From Lingula anatina (taxonomy: Eukaryota > Animalia > Brachiopoda): 64,000 nucleotides of DNA. The notes beneath the pieces are model-generated. The model was not told where the DNA came from and did no database searches. It saw nothing but the letters and a program-made list of their open reading frames with translations. The translations under genes and the position numbers were made by a program. Of this stretch, positions 23,101-35,858 are shown piece by piece. How positions within the stretch are numbered: position 1 is the stretch's first letter; every line of letters begins with the position of its first letter. The stretch spans positions 2,542,001 to 2,606,000 of the forward strand of contig CM120643.1 in assembly GCA_051362555.1 (NCBI GenBank), written 5' to 3'.

Positions 23101-26100
23101 TCAGAATAGAAACTATCAAGCAGGGTCAATCTATCTCAGCGGAGTATCACACTCGGGCTCAGTCGTTGTAATAAGCTTAATTGTCTGGCACGCCCCCTTG
23201 CAAAGCAACATGAACAACATAATGGACTGCAAAGTTTTCCTGATTTTACTAAAGTACCTTTAGTTACAAGTGCCCTGTGTAATATGTAAGTCTTGAAAAT
23301 TGAAGCACAGGCAGTTAACTTCAACTTCATTGTAAACACACATAAATCTGCATAGTGAATATAAAACTAAAATATAAAAAACTGGCACAAGTAACATCCC
23401 CTAAAATGCCAAAACTTGAAACTGAATGTGTGCTACATACCTTTGATTCTGGGTAAGAAATTTCCTATGAAGCTGTCTTCAAGCTCAGTATAGTCTTTAA
23501 CTGTTTGTCTTATGATAACACATGTAACAAAGCCCTAGAATTTAATGCAAAAATATACTTCATAAGTTAGCTACACAGTTAATTCTTTTCAGCATACATG
23601 TTTACCATGAAACAGAAATCAAGTAAAACTCTGTGAATTGAAATATACCAGTATGTCTTTTAAATTTGCTTATATTCTTTATATTACTGAATAATATTCA
23701 AACTTATTATTTAAACTGGTTTGAGTTTTTAGTGTATCTGATTCTAGTATATGTATGCCACCACTGATCACTTACCTTACAACAAACATCCAGAGGTAAA
23801 TCGATGAGATGGATATATTGAGGAACCCAAGCCTGACAACAGTCTGAAGTGGTTCAACCAAAAATGCACATTCTAAGGACGACCAGCTGCTATGGTCATT
23901 TCTTCTTATATTCTGGTGCACACCAATCCTTCTGAGATGTATCTAAGCATCTCTAGTGCATGTTCTTCATAAATTTAAGAAAGTATTATATTTAACACTG
24001 TGAAGACGATGTGCTTTGCTCCACAGTTGCTCCGGTGATAATCCTAGTACCCGCCATGTTGAAAATAGGTCACAGAGTTAGCATCGTTATTTTACATTTA
24101 GTTTCTACAACATAAACAAATTAAAAAAATGTATTTTCGCTTCATAAGGTCGTCTGCAGGGCAAACATAATTATTTTAAGGGCTTTTCACAAACCTATAC
24201 ATGGTTTCGACTTATTAATTTAGTTGAAGAAACAGTTTAGCATTTAAGTAGTATAAAGAATATTCGTTTTTAGGCCCTTTTTAAAATTGTTATAGTTCTT
24301 ATTTTACAAGGTTTAACACAGATTTTATTTTACAAAATTTATTTTTCAACCCTTTTCTATCAGCACATACCAAAATTATATGGATACAACCTGCAAAAAA
24401 GAAGTTGTGTGCATTTAAAGAAGGGGAGGGGGTCAAGCATACGGAAAACATGCCTTATTAGAATCAACCTTGTGTGGTCATGACAGTGCCTTTTCAAAAA
24501 TCTGTACTGGGTATTAAAGATCTTTCCTTAACCTATCATGTGGCTTACCTAAATAAATCCTTATGATGTACATGATTTTTTAAAAGAATATTTAAAATTA
24601 TAACTTTTCAAGAGCCAAAAAATGCTATATTTTGGCAAAATTGCCAATAAAAGATCTGCCCCCATATCTCTAAAACTAATGATCCAAAATAAGAAAGCCA
24701 GTGGCTCACAATATCTTTTATGTTGATGATTTACCACACCAAAAATTATTAAAATCTGCTGACCCCCACCTTGCCGCCTTCTGACTGATCTGTCTGGCTT
24801 TCTCATGGACGCGCTCTTAATTATTCTAAATGATCTGAAGAGTTCAGCTCTACTGACAAAGAGAAAGTAATTAAACTAAAAAATTACTTTCATCTTAAAT
24901 CTTAATTCAGTAGGTCATACTTCATTAAAAGTGAGTACTTTTTCTATAATGTCTTTTCCAATCATTTACATACCTATTCCATCATTATCAGGATTCAGAA
25001 CATTCAAGGTTGTGGTGCCATCTTTCTGTCTTCGTAGGAATCCAATCTGAAGGAGTAAAACAGCAATATAGACCAAACACATCACCAAAATAATAACAAT
25101 TTCAGCCAGGCAGTTTCTGCTAATATATCATAGGGTCAAGCAGATTTCAGGCAATGTCACAGCTATTTGTAAATGACATCTATTTCAAATACTAGTAGTG
25201 AGTATGAGTTCTGTAAATCGTAATATGTAATATGATAATCTCACACAAAGCTCACACTTAGCCAGAAAACTAGACCTCTCCAAATCTGAAAACAAACCAG
25301 GTTTGGAGAGAGGAAGGAGACTGAGGGGGGTGGGGGTCTTACCCCCATTACAATAAAGCACCATGATATCATGGTTGTTTTCCAGTCCAGAAAAGCCAAT
25401 ATTCCCTTCCCGGGAAAGGCCAATACAGAACACAAGATCACACTTACCTTGCTATCAGGTCTCCTTAGGGAGAGCTTATCCCCAGCATCCTTTGCAGCAG
25501 CCTGGGCCTGGGCCAAGATCTCCTTGGGGGTCAGGTTGTCTGGTGTGGCCTCATGGACTATGGCACTGGAGGAGAAGGAAAAGATGATCTAAAGATGTGT
25601 TTACAAGCAAAACAGGTCAACCCTACTCAGTTTGATGCCAGTCTATGGAGTGTCTGATTCAGTTAAGGATATGGAATTTCACTCTCTTTTCATGTCCAAT
25701 GTCATATCCACTGCAAAGCAAGCTACAAGTTCAGAACCTAGTTGATATCTACTCTAACCTAAACTGCATTCAGAGCCAGATGATCCGCTGACTTACTAGT
25801 CCACAGAACAAATATCGTGTGCACTTGACAACGGATTCACGCCTTCCACACTCATCATCCCAGTAGGGGAAGAGCAATTTAATATTAGCACTCTTTCAAA
25901 TGGGTTGCACCATATTTGTTCCCCAGAAAAGTTAATCCAAGGATCAACTGGCTGTGAATGCAGCCCTAATGGATTCTTTCCTAGTAAATTATCAGCCTAC
26001 AGCACTTGTATCTATGTACCTTTTAAAAAAATGCATGTACTACAAAGCTGTTTATTCAGACCTGTAAATGTTTGCCAATCAGTTATGTTTCTCACCTAGA

Positions 26101-27060
26101 CTTGACTTGGACTTTCTTTGGTTTCTTGGGCTCAGTGTCCGCGGGGTCATCCTCAATGCCCAGCTGCTCCAGTGTGATATTCTGCATAAAGGGTAGGGTG
26201 CGTTTCATATTCAGGAGACGCTCCTGAAAGAATGCCATGAAATCGTCATGAAACTGCCATGTTAACTTTATTTCAATTCTTTGAGTGGGTTTCACATTCA
26301 AATGGCATTCCTGAAAATTAGCTTGTTATTTTCGTGTAAAATGGGATTTATATAACAAAAGCATAACTAGGTAAGTTTTCATGTTCAGAGGATATGTCTT
26401 ATAATTGCCATGAAATGGTCAAGAATCTGCCAGGTGTACTTTGCATTCTCTTCTACTTAATTTGGACAAGCCAATTAATCAACTATGTTACAGTTAGTTA
26501 CATCAGGCCTATAGACGGGTTTGTTTCATATCAGTGCTGTCTTACCCATCTTCTCATTTTCATCCTCATCCCTTGTTTTTCATGAAACTTGTGTATAGGT
26601 TACAAAGAGAGTGTTTCATGTTAGAGGGCTATGGCAATCATGTTGCCTTACCTTACTCATCATTTTCATCCCCATCCCTTGTAATTTCTTGGCTGCCTTG
26701 TAATAGATGGTGTCTGGTCTGTTGTAGGTCATGGCGTTGTCCAGCATCAACATGAAGTCTGCCTGAGATACAGAAGAGAGCAGGAATAAGGCGGCACTCA
26801 CAACCAAAGTTGATCCATGGTTTAACTGATTCGTGGATCAAATATGGCTGATGCGCTCAAAAGTTACTGTGTAAACACCATGAGGAATCTATTCAGTGTC
26901 TATTGCAACAGGGTTTCAAGTGGGTCGGCCATATTTGATCTGCAGATCTGTTAGTCTGCGAATTAACTTTTGTGTCATAAGCACCAATGCTGTAAAAGAC
27001 TATACCTACTACGTCCAATTAAGTCATATTAGTTTAGATGTCTGTGAAAAAAAAATTTAC

Positions 27061-27092
<32 letters not shown>

Positions 27093-29173
27093 TGTTCCGT
27101 GTTCAGTGCCCATTGTTACCTTATACTCTGCAGCAGTCTGGTATTCCTCTCTGTCTATCTTTGCCTGCATGGTACTGAGATCCATGGGGTGGGAGATTAT
27201 ACTGGAGTACCCTGGGGCTATGATATCATTGACAGGGAAGGCAAAGAATCCATTGACATCTTTCCTGAAGGAGAGAGATACAGCACATGAATTCTACAGT
27301 CTCATAGGGCGAAATCAGAACAACAGGACGTAATTAGAACTAACAGATACAATGATCAAATATTGACATCCTTTTTGAGAGCTTACTGCATAATCCTTGG
27401 ATCTGTTAGTACATGGATTAACTTTGGCTGTGAATGTGGCCTAACATATCAAACTGGGAAGATTTCTTGACTGAATTCATGAGTTAACAGAAAGAATTCA
27501 CTTCTTTTTTTAAATATAACTGCAATTTGGGATCAACTGAACATTTTACATGTAAACTATGTTCACAGAGGCTCACTGCCCTTAGTCTTTATCTTTATAA
27601 ACAATTACTAAGAAAAATTGAACTTCACTCTAAACTGACCGTCAGTTGGCAAAATTTGCCTATATACTTACAATTAGTTATTTTTCTAAATTTGCACAAC
27701 TCTTTCCACAGCAGTGTCAAAAACTATCCACTGGTTCATCTGTCAAATGACCTCATCATGCTACAATGCTACAAAATGTTTTTGAATGATCTTCAATTCA
27801 TTCAGAGACTTTGAGAAATACAATCCATCAATGGTATTCAGAATCAACTAGATCACCCATTAAATTACCTCATCAAGAAGCGCTGTAAGTATTCCAGAAG
27901 TGGTTTCAGGGGATCTTCAGATTTATTCAGTGTGCACGACCTCGGCTCTCGTAGCTTCCTCTCGTACATTTCTGCCGCTTCACGAGATGCCTGGTCATGT
28001 GACTGCAACAGAGCTCGCTTTGCAGGGGGTTCGCCATCCTCGACGTCGATCTCACTCTCTGTGGTTTCTTTTGTTGATTCTTGGTACTAGGGAGATAAAC
28101 AACAAAAATATTCAGGTATGTCTACCTAATGTGGTGCATGCACTTGTACATAAATGGCCAATTCCATGATGAAACACTTATCAGTGGCATTTACAAATAA
28201 ATTTAATTGCCTAATTCCATCATATGAAAATCAATATTTTTCATATTTTTAAAAACAATTTTGGGTAAGCTGTTCTATGCTTGAACATCACAAAGAGAGT
28301 ACTGATATTATAAATGACATAGTGGTGGATCTTCCTATTGGTTATCATATGTTATTTAAACTGTGATGAAAGACATATATATTTAAATTAATCACAGTAA
28401 TCATTTTGTTTTAATTGGATATCTTTCTGAATTCAAACTGACAAAAATTAATTTCCACGTTACAGTGGTAAAAAAAGAGTGTCAAAGTTCATAACAGAGC
28501 TAAGGACCCCAATAGAGCTGTTTTGAAAGAAAGTTTTAGAAATTATTGTGAAAACCAATACTTTAGTTTCACTATGGCTCTCGTGGTGACGTTTATGTTC
28601 ATGGTGGTGATGCTTGTGCCTCTCCTTATCTTTGTCCTTCTCCTTCTTCTTTTTCTTCTTCTTATGTTTGTGTTTTTTCTCCTCATGTGGTCTGTCTTCT
28701 GACACAGAGGTTTGTTCTGCAGTTTCTCCAGACCCTATCTTGATCACCATCTTCAGGGGTTTGTCTGGAGAGAGAAAATACAGAATGGAACATTTAAATT
28801 TGAGAATTTTTTTATAATAATACATATAACAATGCTTCTATAAATAATAATTTCTTCAATGCACACCTTCAACCAATATAAATTGCAATAATTTGACACT
28901 GTTTTTGATAAATATATATATTTATATATAAAATTAATTTTCATTTTTCAAGCTGCTGCTGCAACTTTCATCATTCACTCGTCACTTCATGGACTATTTA
29001 ATTACAAATAAATTTTGTTTGACACATATAACAAAAACAGAAATGGTTAGAAACTAGCTTAATTTGGATTTAATTTATTTACCATGTTTTTCAGACTGTT
29101 TTTCTTGATAGTCTTCCTCTTCGTCCCTCTCTCTCTTTTCACTTTTGTGGTGTTTCTTGTGTTTCTTTCCCAT
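17193..29173 (-). CDS. BRD7: Bromodomain-containing protein 7/9 (BAF-complex subunit), ~708 aa
   Basis: Starts MGKKHKKHHKSE..DKPLKMVIKIG. Bromodomain RKDVNGFFAFPVNDIIAPGYS..DNAMTYNRPDTIYYKAAKKL; conserved YAPFSSFAPSYDSSFANLSKEDSDLL. Exons 29083-29173, 28562-28764, 27869-28086, 27120-27264, 26652-26762, 26096-26223, 25448-25565, 24974-25046, 20002-20112, 19544-19679, 19216-19330, 18977-19048, 18558-18702, 18089-18244, 17732-17772, 17193-17456 (2127 nt, in frame). Probably the single pro-ortholog of vertebrate BRD7 and BRD9. Confidence 0.95.
20039..20941. repeat. Tandem array, 8 x 114 bp; unit = BRD7/9 intron 3' end + acceptor + first 74 nt of exon 9
   Basis: Units start at 20039, 20153, 20267, 20381, 20495, 20609, 20723 and 20837, with only a few substitutions between copies. 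Confidence 0.95.
21033..24816. mobile_element. Degenerate ~3.8-kb DNA transposon with ~70-bp imperfect TIRs and TTAA flanks (Sola3-like termini) in BRD7/9 intron 8
   Basis: Left end TTAA|gtgtgtgtccatga..gtcagagggtggcaaggtgggggtcaacagattt. Right end aaatctgctgacccccaccttgccgccttctgac..tcatggacgcgctc|TTAA. No intact internal ORF. TTAA plus GAG/CTC termini fit Sola3; the family call is inference. Confidence 0.65.
26815..26950. mobile_element. MITE family A copy
   Basis: ggatcaaatatggc..gaatctattcagtgtcta..ggccatatttgatc. Confidence 0.65.
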
Positions 29174-29428
29174 TTTGGACTAATCCTTAAAGTATGAATT
29201 TTAAATTCATCGAGAAAGAAAAACGATAAAAGGATCAGAACAAAGAGGCAGGTGCTACACTTAACAAGCCATTCTTGCGGTGTGTTAAAAAATCCATAGA
29301 TGGCGGTTCTTCCAAGACAAGCTCAGCTTAGCGCATGCGTATTGTGCAAGGCCACAAAGTACGTTTCCGGTCGGATGTTACAACGTGAAACACGTCTGGT
29401 TTCATAATATATGAACGCTTCTGAAAAG
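29174..29428. promoter_or_regulatory. Bidirectional promoter between BRD7/9 (-) and a + strand transcript (probably SLC52A exon 1)
   Basis: CpG-richer patch with YY1-like AGATGGCGG (29298-29306), NRF1-like GCGCATGCG (29331-29339) and ETS-like TTCCGG (~29365). Consensus donor AAG|GTAAGT at 29428/29429. Confidence 0.65.
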
Positions 29429-30967
29429 GTAAGTCTTTGGTAAAATTGTGGTATTTAAGATGAAATTTTTATTTAATATTAGAACAGATGACTGAGAGAA
29501 TTTTCAGTGAATGACTTGGGTGTTCTCATTAGAATTTTTATGCAGAGATATTTTTGTGTAAGTGTCAAAGCCAGAGAAGCATTTGACAGAACAAGGAAGC
29601 GTGGCTGATGAAATTGACCGGTTAAATGTAAGAACAGTAGTTAACTTTCACTTTCCATATGGCGTTCTCAGAAGTCTTTGCTTTGTCAGACCCTTTTGTC
29701 AGGAGTCGACAATTGATCATTTATGGTACCTTGTGATAATTTATGAAACTGGAAACTTTGTAAAATTTACTAAAATGTGCCTTTTGAATAGATGGGGGTG
29801 GGGGTCTCGCATATGATTATGGCATGTGGCATATGATTGATTTTAATGACGTCTGGTCTGAATCAGATCAAACCCAGCAAAAATCGAGTTTGTTTATGTT
29901 GTGTTGTGAAAGGTCAGAGAATGTAAATAGGAACAGCCCAAGATTGTAGCTGAATGTCAAAGGGGAGGGAAAAAGGAGGGAGAGTATACCCTTACAAAAA
30001 TTTTCTATTAGAAAAAAATTGATTTTCATTTAAGTGGGGGCAAAAGAAGTAAGTGAGCCTTATTTCTGATGTTATAAAATTGATTTCAAATGTTAACAGC
30101 TAAGATTCTCGGATTGGCTGAAAGAGATATTTTAATATCGCTTTATTAAAATAAACTGCCTTGGGCCCTATGTTAATTCCTGAATGTCAGGTGGTCAGGG
30201 GTTGAGGTGCAGTAATATTTGGCCGGTATATCACCCCGACACCTGACAGGTATGACAGAAATGATATCTGGAAATGAAAACCTCCTGTTAATGAAAAACT
30301 TCCAAATGCAGTTCATTTGTAAGAGAAGCCTAAAGCGTATTTGCATACAAATTGAAGTTGACATTTCTCTGCAGGCCACTTGATTAAGCTGAGATCATTA
30401 ATGGCAGTGAGTGTGTGAATTTTGTTCCCTGTGGAGTATAACTGGCATGTACACTGCTGTGATGACAGAGATGAGTAGGAGAATAGACAGATGTATTTTA
30501 CTGTCTTTGATATCCCCATGGATAAAAAGGTTGGGGAGTGGGTGGTATTGGTAACAGGGTCATGTAAAAATAAAACTAAAGATACCAAAGAGATCACAGA
30601 AATAAGATACGTTTACAGGCAGAATCAAGATGTCAGGGTTGAGTTAAGAAACAGACACATGCATTTACTATTATGAAATGTCATTGGTTATTGAGGCTTC
30701 TGTATATGGAGGTGGGGTACCAATAGTAGGATCATGTAAAAATAAAATTAAAGTTCATGGATCACAGAAAATAAATGGATTTATTGCCAGAGTCATAATC
30801 AGATAAACATTCCCTTAAGTCTACTGTATGCTATTAAAGTCAACTACAGCCATAACCAATTGTTGAACTTCTGTAAAGTAAATTAAAAGAAATAAGGGAA
30901 CACAGAACTTGTGTCCTTAAAATGATATGGCAGTCACACAATACAAGTATTACTGTAACATGCAGAT

Positions 30968-31003
<36 letters not shown>

Positions 31004-31344
31004 TCTTTGTTGAAGCTGTTACTTTGTATTTTGCACATTTTGTATATAGAAGTGGCTTGAGAACAAATGAGTCACAGATTTTACATCTTATTGCCACTGT
31101 ACATGTATATCATGATAGAATATCAAAAGTCATTAAGATTAAAAAAAGGATGAATATCTGACTCATAACAATAATACGAATAGAATTTATTGCATCTTAT
31201 CCACCAGTTTGTACTATATATATGTATGAAGAGTGATTTGTTTGTTTTTTAAGGCAAGGTTTTTTATGTAAACAAGGGAGTGCCGTGTGGTGCAGAATTT
31301 CACTGTACATCATAACTGTGGTATGGACAGCATTTGCTTTCAGG

Positions 31345-31479
31345 CAGGGATGAGTTCTTTCTGACTATTTGTGTCTTCCCTACTTTTTGAGTGGTGTTGG
31401 TGCTTACAACAGTTATGAAGTTTTTCTGACTGTCGACAGGTTTCCAACTTTTTGGGAGCCTAAAAGTCTCTCATCCCTG
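31345..31479. mobile_element. MITE family C copy
   Basis: Perfect 10-bp TIR cagggatgag / ctcatccctg. Confidence 0.7.
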
Positions 31480-32089
31480 TATATTAATTGACCAGGTGTA
31501 TATATGAACATCGTCTCTGTTTGATAAGATGACAACTACTGATGCAGGACATTTTTTGTTGGTGATACCAAAAACTTAGATGGGAAAGATAACTAGTTCG
31601 TTTTTGGACATGAAAGTTTTTTTTTTCCCACTGTTTTGTATTTTCCTTCCACCTTGAATATTTCCGTCTCTTGGTGACACAGACTGATTGCAGTACTTGC
31701 GTTATAATGTTGACAAACTTAAGACCCATCCTGTATTGGAGCAGTAAATTATAAATGCCATTAAAATGGAAAGTTTCCTGCTAAGAAAGTTAAAAAGACA
31801 TGCTTAGTACCATGTCCACATTTATTTACAGACAAGTTATGGAGTTGTAAAGCACTGAAGTAAGTTTAATGTACAGTACATAGTTTATGCTAAGTAGGTA
31901 CTTATAATAATCAAAAGTTTAAAACACCCCACTGAAACTGACATAAGAAATAAAACTGAAGTGAAAACCAGATAAGATAAATTTGTTTTTCGGGTATTAA
32001 AATGCAATTTTTACATATTTCCTGCATTCTTTTAGAAATTTTCTCAGAATTTACCAACAGGATGTTGTTAAAGGAAATACAGTAAATTA

Positions 32090-32222
32090 CAGGGATGAGG
32101 TTATTCCAACTATCAGCAGAATTCTGACTTTTTGGGAGGCAAAAATGTCATTGGTCTAAGTAGCCCCCTGGATCCTGTGCCATATTTTCTGACTTTTTCA
32201 CATAATGACAGTCTCATACCTG
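32090..32222. mobile_element. MITE family C copy
   Basis: cagggatgag..ctcatacctg; aligns to the reverse complement of 13165-13290. Confidence 0.7.
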
Positions 32223-32348
32223 AAATAAGCTTTGTTTGAAATGTGGTAATAACTACAGCAGTTTATGTAATGTAGTATAATCTACATGTACATGTTATCT
32301 GTCTTGATATCAGCTTGTTGTTGACAATGATAGGGTACATAATATCTA

Positions 32349-32605
32349 TGGGACCATTCCCAGACCCTATCGTACTAACTGTGGATCGACCTATCTCCAA
32401 GGGGACTCTCACTAGATACTAGTAGTAATCAACTTAAGCCGCTTAGATGCCTGTCACATCTCTGAAGCTGCTAGGGGGTAATTAATTATTGTTTAACGGC
32501 TTCAGTAGTCATGCCAGACATCTATACATTCATACATTAAGCTGAAAGCAATTTAGTGAGAAACCTCTTGGAGATGGAACGATCCTATAGATATGGGAAC
32601 CCAGT
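32349..32605. mobile_element. MITE family B copy
   Basis: gggaccattccca..ggggactctcactagatact..gggggtaattaa..tatgggaac; reverse homolog of 58045-58260. Confidence 0.6.
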
Positions 32606-33332
32606 CTACCTTACTCCTCGCAGAACATGACCTGGATCAAGTTTTATAACTGAATATCACATGGGGAAGCACACGTTTATACCTGCATATATATATGTAG
32701 CCAGTACGTGTGTCATGCTTTTGTCACTGTTGAAAGTCTACAGGTTAGTAGTTCACAGATTGCAAAAAACTACTGAGCAAAATCATATACAGTATAGAAT
32801 TAATCAACAGTACTGGTTTAAGTTTCAGATTTTCAGATCTGTTGAAGCTATATTGATTAGATGCTCGGAGATCTGCAGAAAGTTATGAAATTAACTTTGT
32901 TATCTCCCTACTTAGCAGGATCACGCATCCGCATGTCTGTGCATTTGTAATTCAGGCTATCTTTGATTTTATTCTAATTTTTCTTTATGGATGACATTGA
33001 CAGTCACTTGATATGGCAGATATAGGACCAAAATGTGATGTGCTCCCTTTAGGAAGCTGGCACCCTGTGTTTGATAATGCTGAATGTAACAAAGTCTGCC
33101 CAGTGTATTCCCAGTTGTTACTGTTTAAATCTTGAGCCCCAGGGCGTAGAGGTTGAACTCCAAGTAAACGTGCGGTCAGGCACAGAAAACACTGGAGTTA
33201 CTGATATCTGGGTGGGTTACATGGTCAAATATTGTTACATGTAAACTTGAGAGATTATGGTAACTATGTGCACGTTTGGTAATGTCACGCTTTTCTACCC
33301 AAACATATTATTTTTAGATTTGCTGTTTTTTA

Positions 33333-33482
33333 TGTGTGTCTGTGTGCTTGTGTGTGTGTGTGTGTGTGTGTGTCTGTGTGCTAGTGTGTGTGTGTGTGTG
33401 TATGTGTGTGTGTGATGTGTGTGGATGCATGTATGTGTGTGTTTGAGAGAGAGAAAGAGAGAGAGTGGGTGAGAGAGAGAGA
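33333..33482. repeat. Compound (TG)n/(GA)n microsatellite
   Basis: Direct observation. Confidence 0.9.
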
Positions 33483-35697
33483 AAAATCATTCACTTGTAG
33501 CCAATTTTGATTGTATAACATTTTTAACATTCATTCCCTCATTACCATCTCGCTCCATTGCTAGCCTTGATAAAATTTGTTGGTGCTTTTTTCAACAGTG
33601 TATATAATTTGTTGTGCAGTTTACATGTTTTAACATGCTAGTATACTCCAGCCGTTTGCTTGATCAGCTTCAAGACATGTAGAAGACCTTTTCCTGTAGG
33701 GCAAATGCACTAGACCTGGTTCTCTGCCAGACTGATGTAGGTTAGAACAAATAATGATTGAACTTTTTAGACAGTTTTAACAGTATTTGGGTAACCTGGA
33801 GATCTGATTTATTGATAATACCTTTAATTGTGCCAGTAGACAGATTGGTTGTATTAAAAAAAGCCTTGAAAACATTTCATATTTTAAATGTACGTAAAAT
33901 GTGGTATTATTAATCTGGAACAGTTCAAGAAGTAATTAAGCTGCCTGATATAAGGTAATTCCAAATCAGTGTTTTTAAAAAGTTTTCATTATGCCCCCCC
34001 CCCCATGGCCTATTGGCTTGCTATTGTGACGCAGGGAGAGAAATATCTGTATGCTTTCTGCTGAAGTCCCGCTGGGTGATGATGTCATTTCTGTGTGAAA
34101 ATTAATTCAGAATAGAAATGTGCACAGAATTAACCAGGGAAATGTCTGTGAATATTTAGCAATGAGGTAATTTCTGTGCAAGAATTCTCACAGTGCAAGA
34201 ATAGCTGCACAGAATTCACCAGAGATATATTTGCAAATATTATCTGGTGAGAAAAACTTCCCCCTTTGCCCCTGTTAAAGGGTAGGGAAGATATGTACTG
34301 TAGTACATGGAATTCAGATGCTATGTTTACAAACAAGATCAGAACAGTCTTAGGCTGAAGATTTCTTTCTCTGAGCTGAATAAGGCACTGCACTCAGGGA
34401 TACGGGAAAAATGGGGTCATGGGTGGGTGGGGGTGGCTTTGAAAGTAATAAAAAGTGCTGGGAACAGTAAACCAGACTGTGGAGAGAAATATATAGATTT
34501 ATAAAATGTTGAAAGTTTACAATTTATTATTACTAGGTATCAATCCACTGGTACACCCCTTTGTCTGCCAGATGACTAAATGATTGTATTCTTTCATAAT
34601 ATTTGAGAGGAGTAAATATTGAGAGATGCATATGTATCCAATATAATGTGTAGAGTAAATAGTTCTACTAGTATTCTCAGCAGCCAGGCTAACGATGAGA
34701 GACCCAACATTGGACCAACAAAGGAGACTGTCTCTCCCTCTCTGTTAAGTCTAGTTATGTGAAAAAAAAAGTTTACCAATGCCATATTTAGGCAGAACCC
34801 GTTGGATGTGTGAGAGACAAGTTTAAGTCCTCAGCAGGTGTTAAAACACGTGTTAAAGCACATGTTAATACATGTGTCTGTATGGGACATTGTCACTAGT
34901 TTATGTGCGCAAGGTAGGGTTACAACCAAGAGACTGTCATTACTATTGTGATAGGTATTCATTGGTGACTGGCTTTTGTTGTAATTATTGTCTAGATTGA
35001 TGCATAGATATACATCATGGTCACTGCAGAAAAGAACAAACTTTTATACCTCCTCATTTGATTATTATAATACCTCCTTACTCTTTGACTCCTCATTATT
35101 TATCCTGGTGGAGTTTGAGGTGGATAACGTGTCGAAGTTTCTCGTCCAGAAATATTGTTCATTTCACAGATACTGAGGTATGTATAGGTGCTATTGACAT
35201 TTTCTTTAAAAATTGATTGAAAATGTGTTAATTTTACAAAACTTACTTTTCATCAAGATATGGCTATCTTATAGAGAAAGAAACGTTACTGGTGATAATT
35301 GGTGTAATAATGTGTGGATTTTGGATAAAAAGCAAGTTATTAGTAGCAACATCATTATTAGTAGAAAAACTGACAAATTATAGAGATCCTAGCTTTGCTT
35401 GTTTGTTTGTGTGTGTCCATTTCTGTGTAATAATCTGTGTGTGGGCTGAAGATGAAATGTTTGCCCCTTGAGCCTTTTTTTTCTGCACAAATTACCTAGC
35501 TCAATGTTGGAGGCTAAATGCCACAGTCTCATTTAAATAGATATAAATCCTTGAAAATTCCCCACTGGGAATAATGGACAGGAACTCCAATAATGTTGTC
35601 TCTGATTTCTTAACACAAACCGACATTTATGGACGTTATCTACGTAAGATTTGGCTTCCTCTGCAGTATATGTTATTGCTTTTAGTGACATTCGCTA

Positions 35698-35858
35698 AGC
35701 CTGTTCCCAGTGGAGATAGGTGGGCCTAACTTAGTATCACTGTTTAAAGGCCTGTTTTCAGTAGAGGTGGGTTGACTTAACTTATCAACATTGTAAAGGC
35801 TGTTTTTTTTTTTAGTGGGTTTGGGTTGACCTAACTTAGTACCACTTTTTGAAAGCTT
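35698..35858. repeat. Degenerate ~50-bp tandem repeat, 3 copies
   Basis: gcctgtt..agtgg..ggttgacctaacttagta.cact..aaag recurs three times. Confidence 0.6.

Noticed and set aside
25680-25712. Possible extra BRD7/9 exon after a tttgcag acceptor
   Set aside because: The available donor gives a frameshift and read-through hits TGA; exons 6 and 7 already join in frame.
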